A stretch of DNA of 64,000 nt from an uncultured Phycisphaerales bacterium. Lineage in GTDB: Bacteria; Planctomycetota; Phycisphaerae; Tepidisphaerales; Tepidisphaeraceae. Positions 19,389 to 28,768 of this stretch are shown here, piece by piece (position 1 is the first letter of the stretch; every line of letters begins with the position of its first letter). The notes under the pieces are model-generated. The model did not search any database. It was given only the letters and a program-made list of their open reading frames with translations, and was not told the DNA's origin. A program made the translations under genes and the position numbers. Location of the stretch: NCBI GenBank assembly GCA_903871935.1, contig CAIQIQ010000062.1, forward strand, positions 72,020-136,019. The letters are read 5' to 3'.

Positions 19389-19983
19389 CGGGGTTTCGTT
19401 TCAGCCTGCCAAGTTCCACCGACAAAATAAGCCGCCTTACTTAAAGAAGAGCGGCTTTCGTCGCCGGACACGCGGTTTCTCTGCACGTCCGGAGTTTTCT
19501 GGAACCCAACAAGTCAGTCGCTAACCGAAGTTAGTCAAGGCTTGGCGCAAAACGCAACAAGAACCTCTCCCGCTCTCAGCATTCAGAAAGTCGAGACAGA
19601 TTCTTTTCCTTACGAGTTTTGCTTCTTACGCGTCGCCAATTCGACATTCACAAGTCTACCGCGCTGGGCAGGCATGTCAAGCGATAGCCACCGCTCCCAA
19701 CGCGGATTTCTGCCGTCCAACGAGATATGTTATTATCATGCTAAAATATGCGGATTTTCGTTTGCGTTAACATGCTAAAACCATCGGATTCCATATTTGT
19801 CTTATTTTGCTGAAACAGCCATTTCGTCGGCCGCCCCATGGCCCACATGTCGTGATATCCGAACTTCCTGACCACCATCATTCCGGGCGCGGCAGCAAAA
19901 TACCCAATGCGCAGTTTCCCCCGCGATCTCGCTCGCCAATTGCCTTCTTGCATCCCGAAGCCCGACATGCTGCAATCTCCATC

Positions 19984-20718
19984 ATGTGCGACAGTATCAC
20001 CCGATCTCCCCAGCACCACTTCGCGACTACCCGCTGGACCGTGGTCCTCGCGGCCGGCGGCGACCCCGCTGCCCCACAGACGCGCGATGCCCTGTCATCG
20101 CTCGCCCAGACCTACTGGTATCCCCTCTACAGTTTCATCCGCCACCAAGGCTGCCCTGCCCAAGATGCCGAAGACCTGACACAGGAGTTCATCGCCAAGC
20201 TCATTGAAAAGCAATATCTCGCCGATGTTGATCCCGCCAAAGGTCGCTTTCGCTCCTTCCTCCTCGCCTCTTTGCGCCACTTTCTCTCCAACCAGCGCGA
20301 CCATGACCGCGCTGCCAAACGCGGCGGCCACAACAAACTCATCGCCCTTGACCAGCTCGACGCCGAAGCCCGCTATCGGCTTGAGCCCTCAACCGAAATG
20401 ACCCCCGAGCGCCTCTTCGACCGCCGCTGGGCGCTCGCTCTGCTTGACCGGGTTCTGCAGCGTCTCCGCGACGACTACGTCCGCAGTGGCCGGGCCAAGG
20501 TCTACGAAGCCCTCAAACCCGTCCTCCAGGCCGACCCCGATGTTCCTACGTATGCTAAGCTTGGGAAACAACTTGCAATGTCGGAGACCGCCATCAAGGT
20601 AGCAGTCCATCGCCTTCGCACCCGATATCGGCAGCTCCTGCGCGATGAAGTCGCCCAGACCGTGGCGGCCGACGCCGATCTCGATGCCGAACTGAATGAT
20701 CTTCTGAATTGCCTGTAA
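19984..20718 (+). CDS. ECF-type RNA polymerase sigma factor (STK-associated ECF group)
   Basis: The TTRWTVV motif near the N-terminus, a sigma-2 region (DLTQEFIAKLIE) and a C-terminal HTH (MSETAIKVAVHRLRTRYRQLL) are all present. The start at 19984 is taken from the internal Met of ORF 19807..20718. A Ser/Thr kinase gene follows directly. Confidence 0.8.
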   Translation: MCDSITRSPQHHFATTRWTVVLAAGGDPAAPQTRDALSSLAQTYWYPLYSFIRHQGCPAQDAEDLTQEFIAKLIEKQYLADVDPAKGRFRSFLLASLRHFLSNQRDHDRAAKRGGHNKLIALDQLDAEARYRLEPSTEMTPERLFDRRWALALLDRVLQRLRDDYVRSGRAKVYEALKPVLQADPDVPTYAKLGKQLAMSETAIKVAVHRLRTRYRQLLRDEVAQTVAADADLDAELNDLLNCL

Positions 20719-20781
20719 CCTTCTGCGCCATCCGCTTCTGCACGTATTGCAGAATCACCTGCAAGGAGAAGGAGACGGATC

Positions 20782-22428
20782 GTGACCAGCCAAGCCAATT
20801 GCCCCAGTTGCAGCACCCCCCTACCGCCAGACAGCCCCGAAGGTCTCTGCCCCTCATGCCTGATCCGCAAAGGAATGGCGCAGACCCAGCGAGCTGGCGA
20901 GCCCCAAAGCGGTTGGACACCGCCCGATGCGCAGAAGCTGGCCGAGTATTTCCCCGAACTCGATAACATCGACCTGATCGGCCGGGGCGGCATGGGCGCG
21001 GTCTACCGCGTCCGCCAGACCGCCCTCGATCGCGTGGTAGCACTCAAGATCCTCCCGCCACAACTTGCCGCCGATCCCGGCTTCGCCCAACGCTTCGCTC
21101 GCGAGGCCCAAGCCATGGCCCGCCTGAACCACCCGCACATCGTCACACTCTACGAGTCAGGCCAGCGACAGGAACTGTTCTTCTTCATCATGGAGTACAT
21201 CGACGGCGCCAACCTCCGTCATGTGATCGACTCCGGTGGCGTCTCTCCGCGGGAAGCGATGGCGATCATCCCGCAGATCTGTGAAGCACTGCAGTTCGCT
21301 CACGACAACGGCATCGTTCATCGCGACATCAAGCCCGAGAACATCCTGCTCGATCACCAGGGCCGCGTGAAGATTGCAGATTTCGGCCTGGCGCGCATCA
21401 CCGGCGGAGACGTGCCCCAGCACGCCACCGCAATGGTCATGGGCACCCCTTACTACATGGCGCCGGAGCAGGTCAACTCTCCGCAAGCCGTTGACCATCG
21501 CGCCGACATCTATTCACTGGGCGTCGTCTTCTACCAACTCCTCACTGGCGAACTGCCCATCGGCAAGTTCGACCCTCCTTCACGCAAAGTCGTCATCGAT
21601 CTGCGCCTCGATGAAGTCGTCCTGCGCACCCTGGAGAAGGAGCCCGCTCGGCGCTACCAGCACGCCAGCGACGTCAAGACGCGTGTGGAAACGATCGCAG
21701 CCTCGCCGGCATTACAGGACCATCCCGGCATGATCCTGGGCATCCTGCTCGTCGCTCAGCGCAACGGCAAGGTAAAGGTCTGCCCCGGAGGCATCTTTCG
21801 CATGATCTTTACGCTCATCACTGTTTATATCGCCGCCACAGCCATCACCAGCATGTTCGTCTCGCTCGCCGACGCCCGCTACGACCTGCTTATCCTGTTC
21901 TTCTTCCTGTGCGGCGTGATCTTCCGCGCCATCCGCCTGCGTGCCGACCAACTGCTGGACATGGATGCCAAACCGCAGCAATACCCGAAGCAGTCTCTAC
22001 TGACCGGCTGGCGCGCGCTCTTTCGCCTCGCCCGCGTGCGGCGTGAAGACAAGAGCGTGGTCTGGCCCCGGCTTATCCAATTGATCGCATACAGCCTGGG
22101 CGTGGTGATCGTCTACATAGCGGCCGTTCGCATCTATTTCGGCATTCTGGGCGTGTGGACCGGCCCATTCCTCGAACTGCTGACCACCATCGGCATGCTT
22201 GCCGGCATCCCCTTGGGCTATATCCTTGCCAGCCGGTTCTGGGACCTGCCGGCCGCACTGCCCGAACCACCGCACACTGCTCAACCAGCGCCGCAGGTCA
22301 ATAGCCCCATTGTGGATCGACCTGATTCACCAGCGCCTCGCCCGCAATCAAATGGCGAAAGTTCCGCTCCATCAGCTCACCAAACCGCCGGGCATGGTAT
22401 GGAGAGTGACCTGAAACATGGGGGGTGA
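20782..22428 (+). CDS. Ser/Thr protein kinase with N-terminal CxxC...CxxC zinc-ribbon and C-terminal polytopic membrane region
   Basis: A GTG start follows an AAGGAGAAGGAG RBS. The N-terminus is CPSCS...CPSC. Hanks kinase motifs are present: GRGGMGAVY, ALK, HRDIKPENILLD, DFGLAR and APE. Three or four TM helices follow, then a Pro-rich tail. Confidence 0.85.
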   Translation: MTSQANCPSCSTPLPPDSPEGLCPSCLIRKGMAQTQRAGEPQSGWTPPDAQKLAEYFPELDNIDLIGRGGMGAVYRVRQTALDRVVALKILPPQLAADPGFAQRFAREAQAMARLNHPHIVTLYESGQRQELFFFIMEYIDGANLRHVIDSGGVSPREAMAIIPQICEALQFAHDNGIVHRDIKPENILLDHQGRVKIADFGLARITGGDVPQHATAMVMGTPYYMAPEQVNSPQAVDHRADIYSLGVVFYQLLTGELPIGKFDPPSRKVVIDLRLDEVVLRTLEKEPARRYQHASDVKTRVETIAASPALQDHPGMILGILLVAQRNGKVKVCPGGIFRMIFTLITVYIAATAITSMFVSLADARYDLLILFFFLCGVIFRAIRLRADQLLDMDAKPQQYPKQSLLTGWRALFRLARVRREDKSVVWPRLIQLIAYSLGVVIVYIAAVRIYFGILGVWTGPFLELLTTIGMLAGIPLGYILASRFWDLPAALPEPPHTAQPAPQVNSPIVDRPDSPAPRPQSNGESSAPSAHQTAGHGMESDLKHGG

Positions 22429-23242
22429 CGATGACGTTGGGCATCGCCCACAGCGGGCTGTCGGCCGGCAGCGGCTCAGGATCAAACACATCCAGCCCCG
22501 CCCCGCCAAGCCGGCCGGCTAGAAGAGCCTCGATCATCGCCTGCTGGTCGATTGCAGAACCGCGCCCGACATTATAAACGCACGCGCCCGGCATCATCAG
22601 GCCGATGCGCTCGGCACTGATGATGTACCGTGTATGCACGGTTCCAGGCAGCGCAAGAACCACATGATCCGCACGGGGAAGCAGGCTGTCCAAAGCGCCA
22701 AGCGTAGCCAGCTCATCCACGTATGAGGGCATCGCCGACACCGTCCGCTTCACGCCGATTACATGCATCCCCATTGCCCGCGCTCGCTTGGCAACCTCCG
22801 AGCCGATGTCGCCCAAACCGATGATCATGCACGTAGCGCCCAGCAACTCGCGCCGATTCTCCGGCCGGTGCCACCGCTTCTGCTCCTGGCTGCGCACCAT
22901 CTCCGGCAACCGAATCGCCAGCGCAAACATCATCGCCAGCACATGCTCGGCGATCGGAACTCCAAACACCCCGCGAGCGTTCGTAAGGATCACTCCGCCG
23001 GGCATCTTCCCAGCGTAGCCATCAGCGCCCGCACTGGGCAACTGCAGCCAGCGCAACCCAGTCGCACGGTCCAGGTCCGCCTTCGCCGGCCAACCCACAA
23101 TGATCTGCGCCCTGGGCAGTTCTTCATCCACGGCCCTCTCGCGGTGCTTCCCGTGCACAATCCTCAACGTCGCATCCAGCGCCTCGAGCCGCCGACATAA
23201 TACTTCGGGCAATCCGAACAGATCGAGCAGAACACGTTCCAT
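22298..23242 (-). CDS. D-isomer-specific 2-hydroxyacid dehydrogenase family protein (NAD-binding)
   Basis: The Rossmann motif GLGDIGSEVAKRA and the catalytic region with HVSG are present. Start is taken at MERVLLDL. The 3' end overlaps the kinase gene convergently by about 130 nt. Confidence 0.8.
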   Translation of the reverse strand: MERVLLDLFGLPEVLCRRLEALDATLRIVHGKHRERAVDEELPRAQIIVGWPAKADLDRATGLRWLQLPSAGADGYAGKMPGGVILTNARGVFGVPIAEHVLAMMFALAIRLPEMVRSQEQKRWHRPENRRELLGATCMIIGLGDIGSEVAKRARAMGMHVIGVKRTVSAMPSYVDELATLGALDSLLPRADHVVLALPGTVHTRYIISAERIGLMMPGACVYNVGRGSAIDQQAMIEALLAGRLGGAGLDVFDPEPLPADSPLWAMPNVIVTPHVSGHSPYHARRFGELMERNFRHLIAGEALVNQVDPQWGY

Positions 23243-23481
23243 GCCGCCTTTTCTACCGGGCCGGCCGCCCTTTGGCCACTCGCCAAGCACGCGGATGCGC
23301 CCATGGTGACGCACCAGACGGACATACTGTCGCGCCTGCTGCCTTCTATCGCACAACCGAGCACATCCAGACGATTAGCTCTAACCATCAGAACAATGGG
23401 TGTTTACATCTCAACCGCTATCCCGCATGAGCATGGTTGGCCCGGGTTTTGCACCGTGGCGACACAAAGTGGGAGGTGGAC

Positions 23482-23955
23482 ATGTCAAAGGGATCGTCGC
23501 AGAAGTCGGCGTTCACGCTCATAGAACTGATGATCGTCATCATCATTGTGGCGGTGCTTGCCGCGGTCATAGTTCCCATGCTGCAGAACATGTCCCCCGC
23601 TGCCCGTGAGGCAGCACTCCGGGGCGACCTGCACAGTCTTCGCCATCAGATACTGATATATCAGATGCACCACAATGGCGACCCGCCGTCGCCAGCCCAG
23701 CTTCGCGATCAACTGCTGAATCGCACCACAGCAGATGGCCAGATCGATCCGCAGGGGAGCCTCGGTCCTTATCTGATCACTTTCCCGAGCAATCCGTTCA
23801 ACAGTCGCGTTGACGTCAAGGCCCTTGCCTCCGGCGGACAACTCGCCGCCGACGACACCAGCGGGTGGCTGTACGGCGTGGAAGGATCCAACTTCACCAT
23901 CGTCGCCAACTCGTCGGGACAAGACCGCTCGGGCGTACCGCTGATCCAATACTGA
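23482..23955 (+). CDS. Prepilin-type N-terminal cleavage/methylation domain protein (type IV pilin/pseudopilin-like)
   Basis: A GGAGG RBS precedes the start. The N-terminus MSKGSSQKSAFTLIELMIVIIIVAVLAAVIVP matches the class III signal, G FTLIE. Confidence 0.75.
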   Translation: MSKGSSQKSAFTLIELMIVIIIVAVLAAVIVPMLQNMSPAAREAALRGDLHSLRHQILIYQMHHNGDPPSPAQLRDQLLNRTTADGQIDPQGSLGPYLITFPSNPFNSRVDVKALASGGQLAADDTSGWLYGVEGSNFTIVANSSGQDRSGVPLIQY

Positions 23956-24041
23956 CCTGGCGGGCGTGAGGCTGCGTGGATCTCAGGATGACTCTCGACA
24001 CGGAAGCGTGCAGGGTCCGGCTGGAGGTTTGGAGGGAGCAA

Positions 24042-24092
24042 GGCGAGGACGGACGCATGGCATTCATGCCCGTCCTCGCCGATCTTTCCTCT
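24042..24092 (+). terminator. Putative hairpin terminator downstream of the pilin-like gene
   Basis: Stem GGCGAGGACGG, an 18-nt loop, stem CCGTCCTCGCC, then gatctttcctct. The trailing T-run is weak. Confidence 0.35.
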
Positions 24093-24117
24093 GCGCAGAA
24101 CTCGTCCTGCGGGCCAG

Positions 24118-24360
24118 CTACCGCACACTGTCCAGCACGTGTTGAATCCTCTCCACGTCGGCGCCCTTGCCGAACTCAATCACCGCCGCTTCCGGGGTGC
24201 CTATGGGGGCATGAGTATCATCCTCCAGCGTGAAAGGAATGCCGTAAGTCGCCAACAGAGTTTCCACGCGCGCGATCTCGGCCGGCGGGATCATGATGTA
24301 TGGCCCGCATTCCGCATCCTGTCGAACATCAACTCGATCTTCTGCAAAACCATCCCACAT
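24118..24360 (-). CDS. Small hypothetical protein (80 aa)
   Basis: An AAGGGGGA RBS precedes the ATG. I recognise no family with confidence; a DUF2007-like fold is only a guess. It lies immediately downstream of the 145-bp dispersed repeat. Confidence 0.4.
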   Translation of the reverse strand: MWDGFAEDRVDVRQDAECGPYIMIPPAEIARVETLLATYGIPFTLEDDTHAPIGTPEAAVIEFGKGADVERIQHVLDSVR

Positions 24361-24397
24361 GAAATCCCCCTTTCTTCTATGATATTATGGTTGCTGC

Positions 24398-24540
24398 ACC
24401 TTTGTCCTCATCGGCTATCCAGATCACTGATCATCGCAGATTGCGCGCACGAACCTGAGCACCTTTGTCCTCTCCGGCCAATGACTTCAGGACAAGTGAC
24501 CAATGACCAGAAAGAAACTTACGCACCTCCTTCTCCATCA
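24398..24540 (-). repeat. 145-bp dispersed repeat, inverted copy of 34295..34440
   Basis: The reverse complement of 24398..24540 matches 34295..34440 at roughly 90-93% identity, read by eye. It contains two of the SD-plus-start-like units, GGAGGTGCGTAAGTTTC and ACAAAGGTGCTCAGGTTCG. Confidence 0.7.
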
Positions 24541-24694
24541 AAACGCTAACCACTTATACCACAACCCCTTACAACGATAACAGTTATTCGCGCGACCTCG
24601 GCTATCTTCCTTCCCTTCGTGCCTCCGCGCCCCAGTGCCTTCGTGCCTGCCATTTCCGAATTGCACCAACTGCCGTTGCGGGTAGGGTAAGTAC

Positions 24695-25663
24695 ATGGCC
24701 AAGGCATTGGAGGAGAAACTGGCGCGGGTAGGTACTCTGGATGCTTCGACCGTCGAGGGATGCGAACAGTTGCGCAAGGCCTTGGGGGACAAATCGAATC
24801 TCGTGGTGGCGAAGGTCGCGAAGCGCATTCTGCGAGAGAAGATTGCGGAACTCGCGGGAGAGTTGCCGGGCGTGTTCATGCGGCTGATGGCCGGGGGAAC
24901 GGCGGCCGATAAGGGATGCATGGCGAAGCTGGAGATTGCTCAGGCCATCTACCAACTCGGCGCGGCCATGGACGGAGCGGAGGAGGCGCTGGTTGCGGGG
25001 GTACATCATGTGCAAATGGGGCCGACCTTCGGCGGGATGGTCGACACTGCTCCAGAGTTGCGAGGCGTGTGCGCCTTGGGGCTGGTGCGGATGGGGTATC
25101 GGGATGTGATGATGGAGTTGGCGGACCTGCTGGCGGACAAGGAGCCGCAGGCGCGAATCATGGCCGCCCGGGCGATTGCGTATGCGGGCGTGGAAAGCGG
25201 AGCACTGCTGCTGCGACTCAAAGTGCTCAGCGGCGATCCGGATACGACGGTGATGGCGGAGTGCTTTACCGCGCTGGTGCAGCTTACGCCGGCGAAGGCG
25301 CTGCCGCTGCTGGAGCGGTTCCTGGATCGTGGCGACACAGATCTGGCCCAAGAGGCGGCAATTGCGATTGCCTCATCCAGGCGCGAGGAGGCGCTGGGAA
25401 TCCTGTGCCGCCACTGGGAGAAGGATATCACGCGACGAGAATCGCTTTTGGTCCCACTGGCGATCCTGCGCCGGCCAGAGGCAGTGGAGATGCTGCTGAG
25501 CGTGATCGAGAGTGGACCCGAAGCACTGGCGCTAGCCGCCACCGACGCAATGGGAATGTACCGGTCAGATGCCACGGTGGCTCAACGCGTGCTGGCATCG
25601 GCAAAGAGCCGCGGACCCGCCGTGCAGCGGGCAGCAGTCAAGGCGTTGGGGGATTCCGATTGA
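24695..25663 (+). CDS. HEAT-repeat (PBS-lyase-like) protein
   Basis: Repeated alpha-helical units with motifs such as AARAIAYAG, ECFTALVQL and AAVKALGDS. Length is 322 aa. Confidence 0.7.
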   Translation: MAKALEEKLARVGTLDASTVEGCEQLRKALGDKSNLVVAKVAKRILREKIAELAGELPGVFMRLMAGGTAADKGCMAKLEIAQAIYQLGAAMDGAEEALVAGVHHVQMGPTFGGMVDTAPELRGVCALGLVRMGYRDVMMELADLLADKEPQARIMAARAIAYAGVESGALLLRLKVLSGDPDTTVMAECFTALVQLTPAKALPLLERFLDRGDTDLAQEAAIAIASSRREEALGILCRHWEKDITRRESLLVPLAILRRPEAVEMLLSVIESGPEALALAATDAMGMYRSDATVAQRVLASAKSRGPAVQRAAVKALGDSD

Positions 25664-25685
25664 AACCTGGTCCGGTGAGACCGCG

Positions 25686-27059
25686 TTACAGCTCGTATTC
25701 CTTGATCTTCCGGTAGAGCGTGCGTTCGCCGATGCCGAGAATCTTGGCCGCATGTTCGCGGTTGCCTTCGACCATCTTCAGCGTGTTGCGGATCAGTTCC
25801 TTTTCGGCCTGCTCGATGGAGATGCCGACCAGGTTGTTCATTCCGCCAAGAGAGTCGGCGGCGGCTTTAGGCCGAATGTCGGCGGGCAGAGCCTCCACGC
25901 CCAATCGCTTTTCTGAGGAGAGCACCACCATGTTCTCGATCACGTTCTTAAGCTGGCGGACATTGCCCGGCCAGTTAAAGCTCATCAGCGTCTGGTGGGC
26001 CTCGGGTGTAACTCCCTCCAGTTGCTTGCCATACTTCTCGGCCGCCTGGGTGAGGAAGTAGTGGATCAGCACCGGAATGTCTTCGCGGCGCTCCCGCAGC
26101 GGCGGGATCTGGATGGTCGCGCCTTTGATGCGGAAGTAGAGATCCTCCCGGAACTGTCGTTCGGAGACCATCTCTTCGATTTGGCGATTTGTCGCACTGA
26201 TAAAGCGGACGTTCACTCTGATCGGATCGTTGGCGCCCAGGCGGACAACTTCGCCGTTCTCCAGGACACGCAGCAGCTTGGCCTGCATCGCCGCCGGCAT
26301 GTCGCCGATTTCATCGAGGAACAGCGTGCCGGTGTCGGCGTGCTCAAACCGGCCGGCCCGGTCGCCCTGGGCACCGGTAAATGCGCCTCTGACGTGGCCA
26401 AACAGCTCATCTTCAAGGATGGATTCGGACAGCCCGGCGCAGTTCAGGTTCACCATGCGGTTCTTCCGCCGACGCGAGTGGCTGTGGATGGCCCGGGCGA
26501 TGAGTTCTTTGCCGGTCCCGCTTTCGCCCAGGATCAGGATCGGAATATCGCTCATGGCAACCTGCCGTGCCATCTGCACGACGCTGCGCATCGAGGCCGA
26601 GGCGCCGATGATTCCTTCAAATCCGACCTGTTGTTCGATCTGCTCCTGGAGGAACTGGTTCTGTTTCTGCAGAACCGATTTCTCGGCAGCGCGGCCAACC
26701 TGGGCACGAAAATAGTCCAGGTCCAGCGGCTTCTCGATGTAGTCGTAGGCGCCTTCGGAGAGGGCCGTCCGGCAGGTGGGAACGTCGGCATGGGCAGTCA
26801 CCAGGATAACCGGCGGAGCGGGGCTCATTTTCGTTGCCGCACGCAGCACATCCAGGCCTTCGGGTTTGCCTTCCATCATCAGGTCGGTAACGATCACATC
26901 GAAACTGCGTTTGGCCAGGCGTTCATCCGCCTCGGCCTGGTTGTACGCCACCTCACAGCGATGCCCCATGCGCTGCAACGCCTCGCACATTACCTGTGCG
27001 TGGTCCTGCTCATCGTCCACGATGAGGATGGTAGACCGGTTCACCTCATTCTGCGCCAT
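25686..27059 (-). CDS. Sigma54-dependent response regulator (NtrC family: REC + AAA+ + Fis HTH)
   Basis: The receiver domain is ILIVDDEQDHAQV...DVIVTDLMMEG. The AAA+ core has GESGTGKE, GAFTGA and ESELFGH. A C-terminal HTH is present. No cognate histidine kinase is adjacent. Confidence 0.9.
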   Translation of the reverse strand: MAQNEVNRSTILIVDDEQDHAQVMCEALQRMGHRCEVAYNQAEADERLAKRSFDVIVTDLMMEGKPEGLDVLRAATKMSPAPPVILVTAHADVPTCRTALSEGAYDYIEKPLDLDYFRAQVGRAAEKSVLQKQNQFLQEQIEQQVGFEGIIGASASMRSVVQMARQVAMSDIPILILGESGTGKELIARAIHSHSRRRKNRMVNLNCAGLSESILEDELFGHVRGAFTGAQGDRAGRFEHADTGTLFLDEIGDMPAAMQAKLLRVLENGEVVRLGANDPIRVNVRFISATNRQIEEMVSERQFREDLYFRIKGATIQIPPLRERREDIPVLIHYFLTQAAEKYGKQLEGVTPEAHQTLMSFNWPGNVRQLKNVIENMVVLSSEKRLGVEALPADIRPKAAADSLGGMNNLVGISIEQAEKELIRNTLKMVEGNREHAAKILGIGERTLYRKIKEYEL

Positions 27060-27114
27060 GGCGGAAGTGGTAACACAGAATGATGCTAACGTAAATACGC
27101 GGCGTTGGTCTCCT

Positions 27115-28296
27115 CTACCCGAATCCGCCGGTTCGCGTGCCGAGGTTGTCCAGCACATTCATGTAGTTGATGTAACTGTCGTAGGGGCTCTCATAGGGTG
27201 AGAAGTATTTGTGCACATCGCCGTCGGCGAAGTACTTCGTGCTCATGTAGTAGAAGTGGTCGCTGGTGGTCAGGCAGCGCCAGTCGGAGAGAAGCTGCGG
27301 ATCGCCGGAACTCTTCACCGCCTTCTCCAGGCTGAAGAGCCCCCGCATCGCGTGGTCCTGCATAGCATTGCCGGTCCAGGCCGACAGATCGCGTTCGGTG
27401 TCGGCCCAGGATACGGGCTCGGGCACATCATAGGTGTCGCTGGCGCTGCAGTGGGCCAGAAGATCGGAGGGGGTGGCGAAGTCGTTCCGACCGGTCTCGA
27501 GCACACGGATGGGCAGGTATCGCATGAACTCAAAGATGCCGGTCTGGGCCCACTGGTGTTCACCAAGAGTTTCAAGGTCGATGAACAGATTGCAGACACT
27601 GCCGTTGCCGTTGATCTGATCCACCCAGTGGGCGAACTTGTCTGCAGTCAGTGGCCATTGTTCCCAGGCCCGGTTCGAGAAGCGGAAGGCAATGTCATCG
27701 CTCAGGCGGAAGTTCTTCAGAAGTAGCTTGAAGTCTGGCATGCCCGGCGGATGGTATAGCACATTGGGCGTACGAGTACCCAGAAGGTGATCGGCGCCCT
27801 CGGCCAAAGCGCCGGCCAATCCTGCGTGCTGTGCGAACTGGCCCAATGCGTTGGAGTAGACAAGTTCAGTATTGCGAAACACACGCGGCTGATAGCCAAA
27901 CAGGGCATGGATGGTATCGCGGTGCATCTGGACCTGTTGAGCAAACTCATCCCAGGAATGCAGAAACGCCAGCGAGTGGTAATACGTCTCCGCCAGCAGT
28001 TCAACGCAGCCAGTGGCGACCAGTTTCTTCAAGGCCTCAATGACCTCGGGCGAATAGCGTTGAAACTGCTCAATCGCACAGCCGGTAATGGAGAACGACA
28101 CGCGGAAGCGGCCGTTGTGCTCACGAATCAAGTCGTGGAGCAGGTGGGTGGCCGGAAGGTAACATCGGTCGGCGACCTTGCGGCAGATCGTGCGATTAGC
28201 ATGGTCATCGAAGTAGTCCCAGAGGGTATCAAACACGCTATACCGCCGCAGCCGCAGCGGTTGGTGCATTTGAAAATAAAAACATACCGATGCCAT
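27115..28296 (-). CDS. Glycoside hydrolase family 57 protein
   Basis: The N-terminus MASVCFYFQMHQPLRL carries the GH57 HQP signature. Start is taken at the ATG at 28296, preceded by a GGGGA RBS; the ORF extends to a GTG at 28332. It is co-oriented with the sigma54 response regulator, 55 nt away. Confidence 0.8.
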   Translation of the reverse strand: MASVCFYFQMHQPLRLRRYSVFDTLWDYFDDHANRTICRKVADRCYLPATHLLHDLIREHNGRFRVSFSITGCAIEQFQRYSPEVIEALKKLVATGCVELLAETYYHSLAFLHSWDEFAQQVQMHRDTIHALFGYQPRVFRNTELVYSNALGQFAQHAGLAGALAEGADHLLGTRTPNVLYHPPGMPDFKLLLKNFRLSDDIAFRFSNRAWEQWPLTADKFAHWVDQINGNGSVCNLFIDLETLGEHQWAQTGIFEFMRYLPIRVLETGRNDFATPSDLLAHCSASDTYDVPEPVSWADTERDLSAWTGNAMQDHAMRGLFSLEKAVKSSGDPQLLSDWRCLTTSDHFYYMSTKYFADGDVHKYFSPYESPYDSYINYMNVLDNLGTRTGGFG

Positions 28297-28409
28297 GTCC
28301 CCGTACCAATCTTCTGTAGGATTGTAAGGCACAACATGTAACCGTCCATGGCTAAACGAGATAGAATTCCCATTGCCCCTTTGCTGGGTTATAATTCAGT
28401 ATTCAGGCC

Positions 28410-28757
28410 ATGCAGATGCCACCGATCGAGAATCTTCGCATCGCTTTTGCGCAATCCATCATTGCCACAATGGCAACGCAGGTCAGCAGCTACATGCGCC
28501 TAGTCGCTCACCCGGACGTCCAGTTTGCCGACCTGCTGGACGCGTTGGAGCGCAATGCCGTGATTGGCGACGACGCGGCCCAGCGTCTGCACCGGCGACT
28601 GGCCGTGCCCGTCGGCACGAGCTCCCTCATGGTGCAGCGCGGCTACTGGGAGCAGGTGCTTGCAGAACGCAGCATTCCGCTTACCGCGCCATTCCGGACC
28701 CAGCCCGAGGCTGCCGCGCCGGCCGCCGCCCCCGAGGCAGAGTTGAAGGCGTCCTGA
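28410..28757 (+). CDS. Small hypothetical protein (115 aa)
   Basis: The ORF ends 11 nt before the mannitol-dehydrogenase-family gene start and has an Ala/Pro-rich C-terminus. Calling it coding rests only on ORF length and position. Confidence 0.35.
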   Translation: MQMPPIENLRIAFAQSIIATMATQVSSYMRLVAHPDVQFADLLDALERNAVIGDDAAQRLHRRLAVPVGTSSLMVQRGYWEQVLAERSIPLTAPFRTQPEAAAPAAAPEAELKAS

Positions 28758-28768
28758 GCATCACCAAC

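Noticed and set aside
22298-22428. Possible frameshift or pseudogene at the kinase / dehydrogenase convergent overlap
   Set aside because: Both C-termini look plausible. Without homolog alignment I cannot call either gene disrupted, so I report it as an observation only.
25995-27083. 362-aa ORF on the plus strand
   Set aside because: It is antisense to the sigma54 response regulator, whose AAA+ motifs confirm the minus-strand frame.
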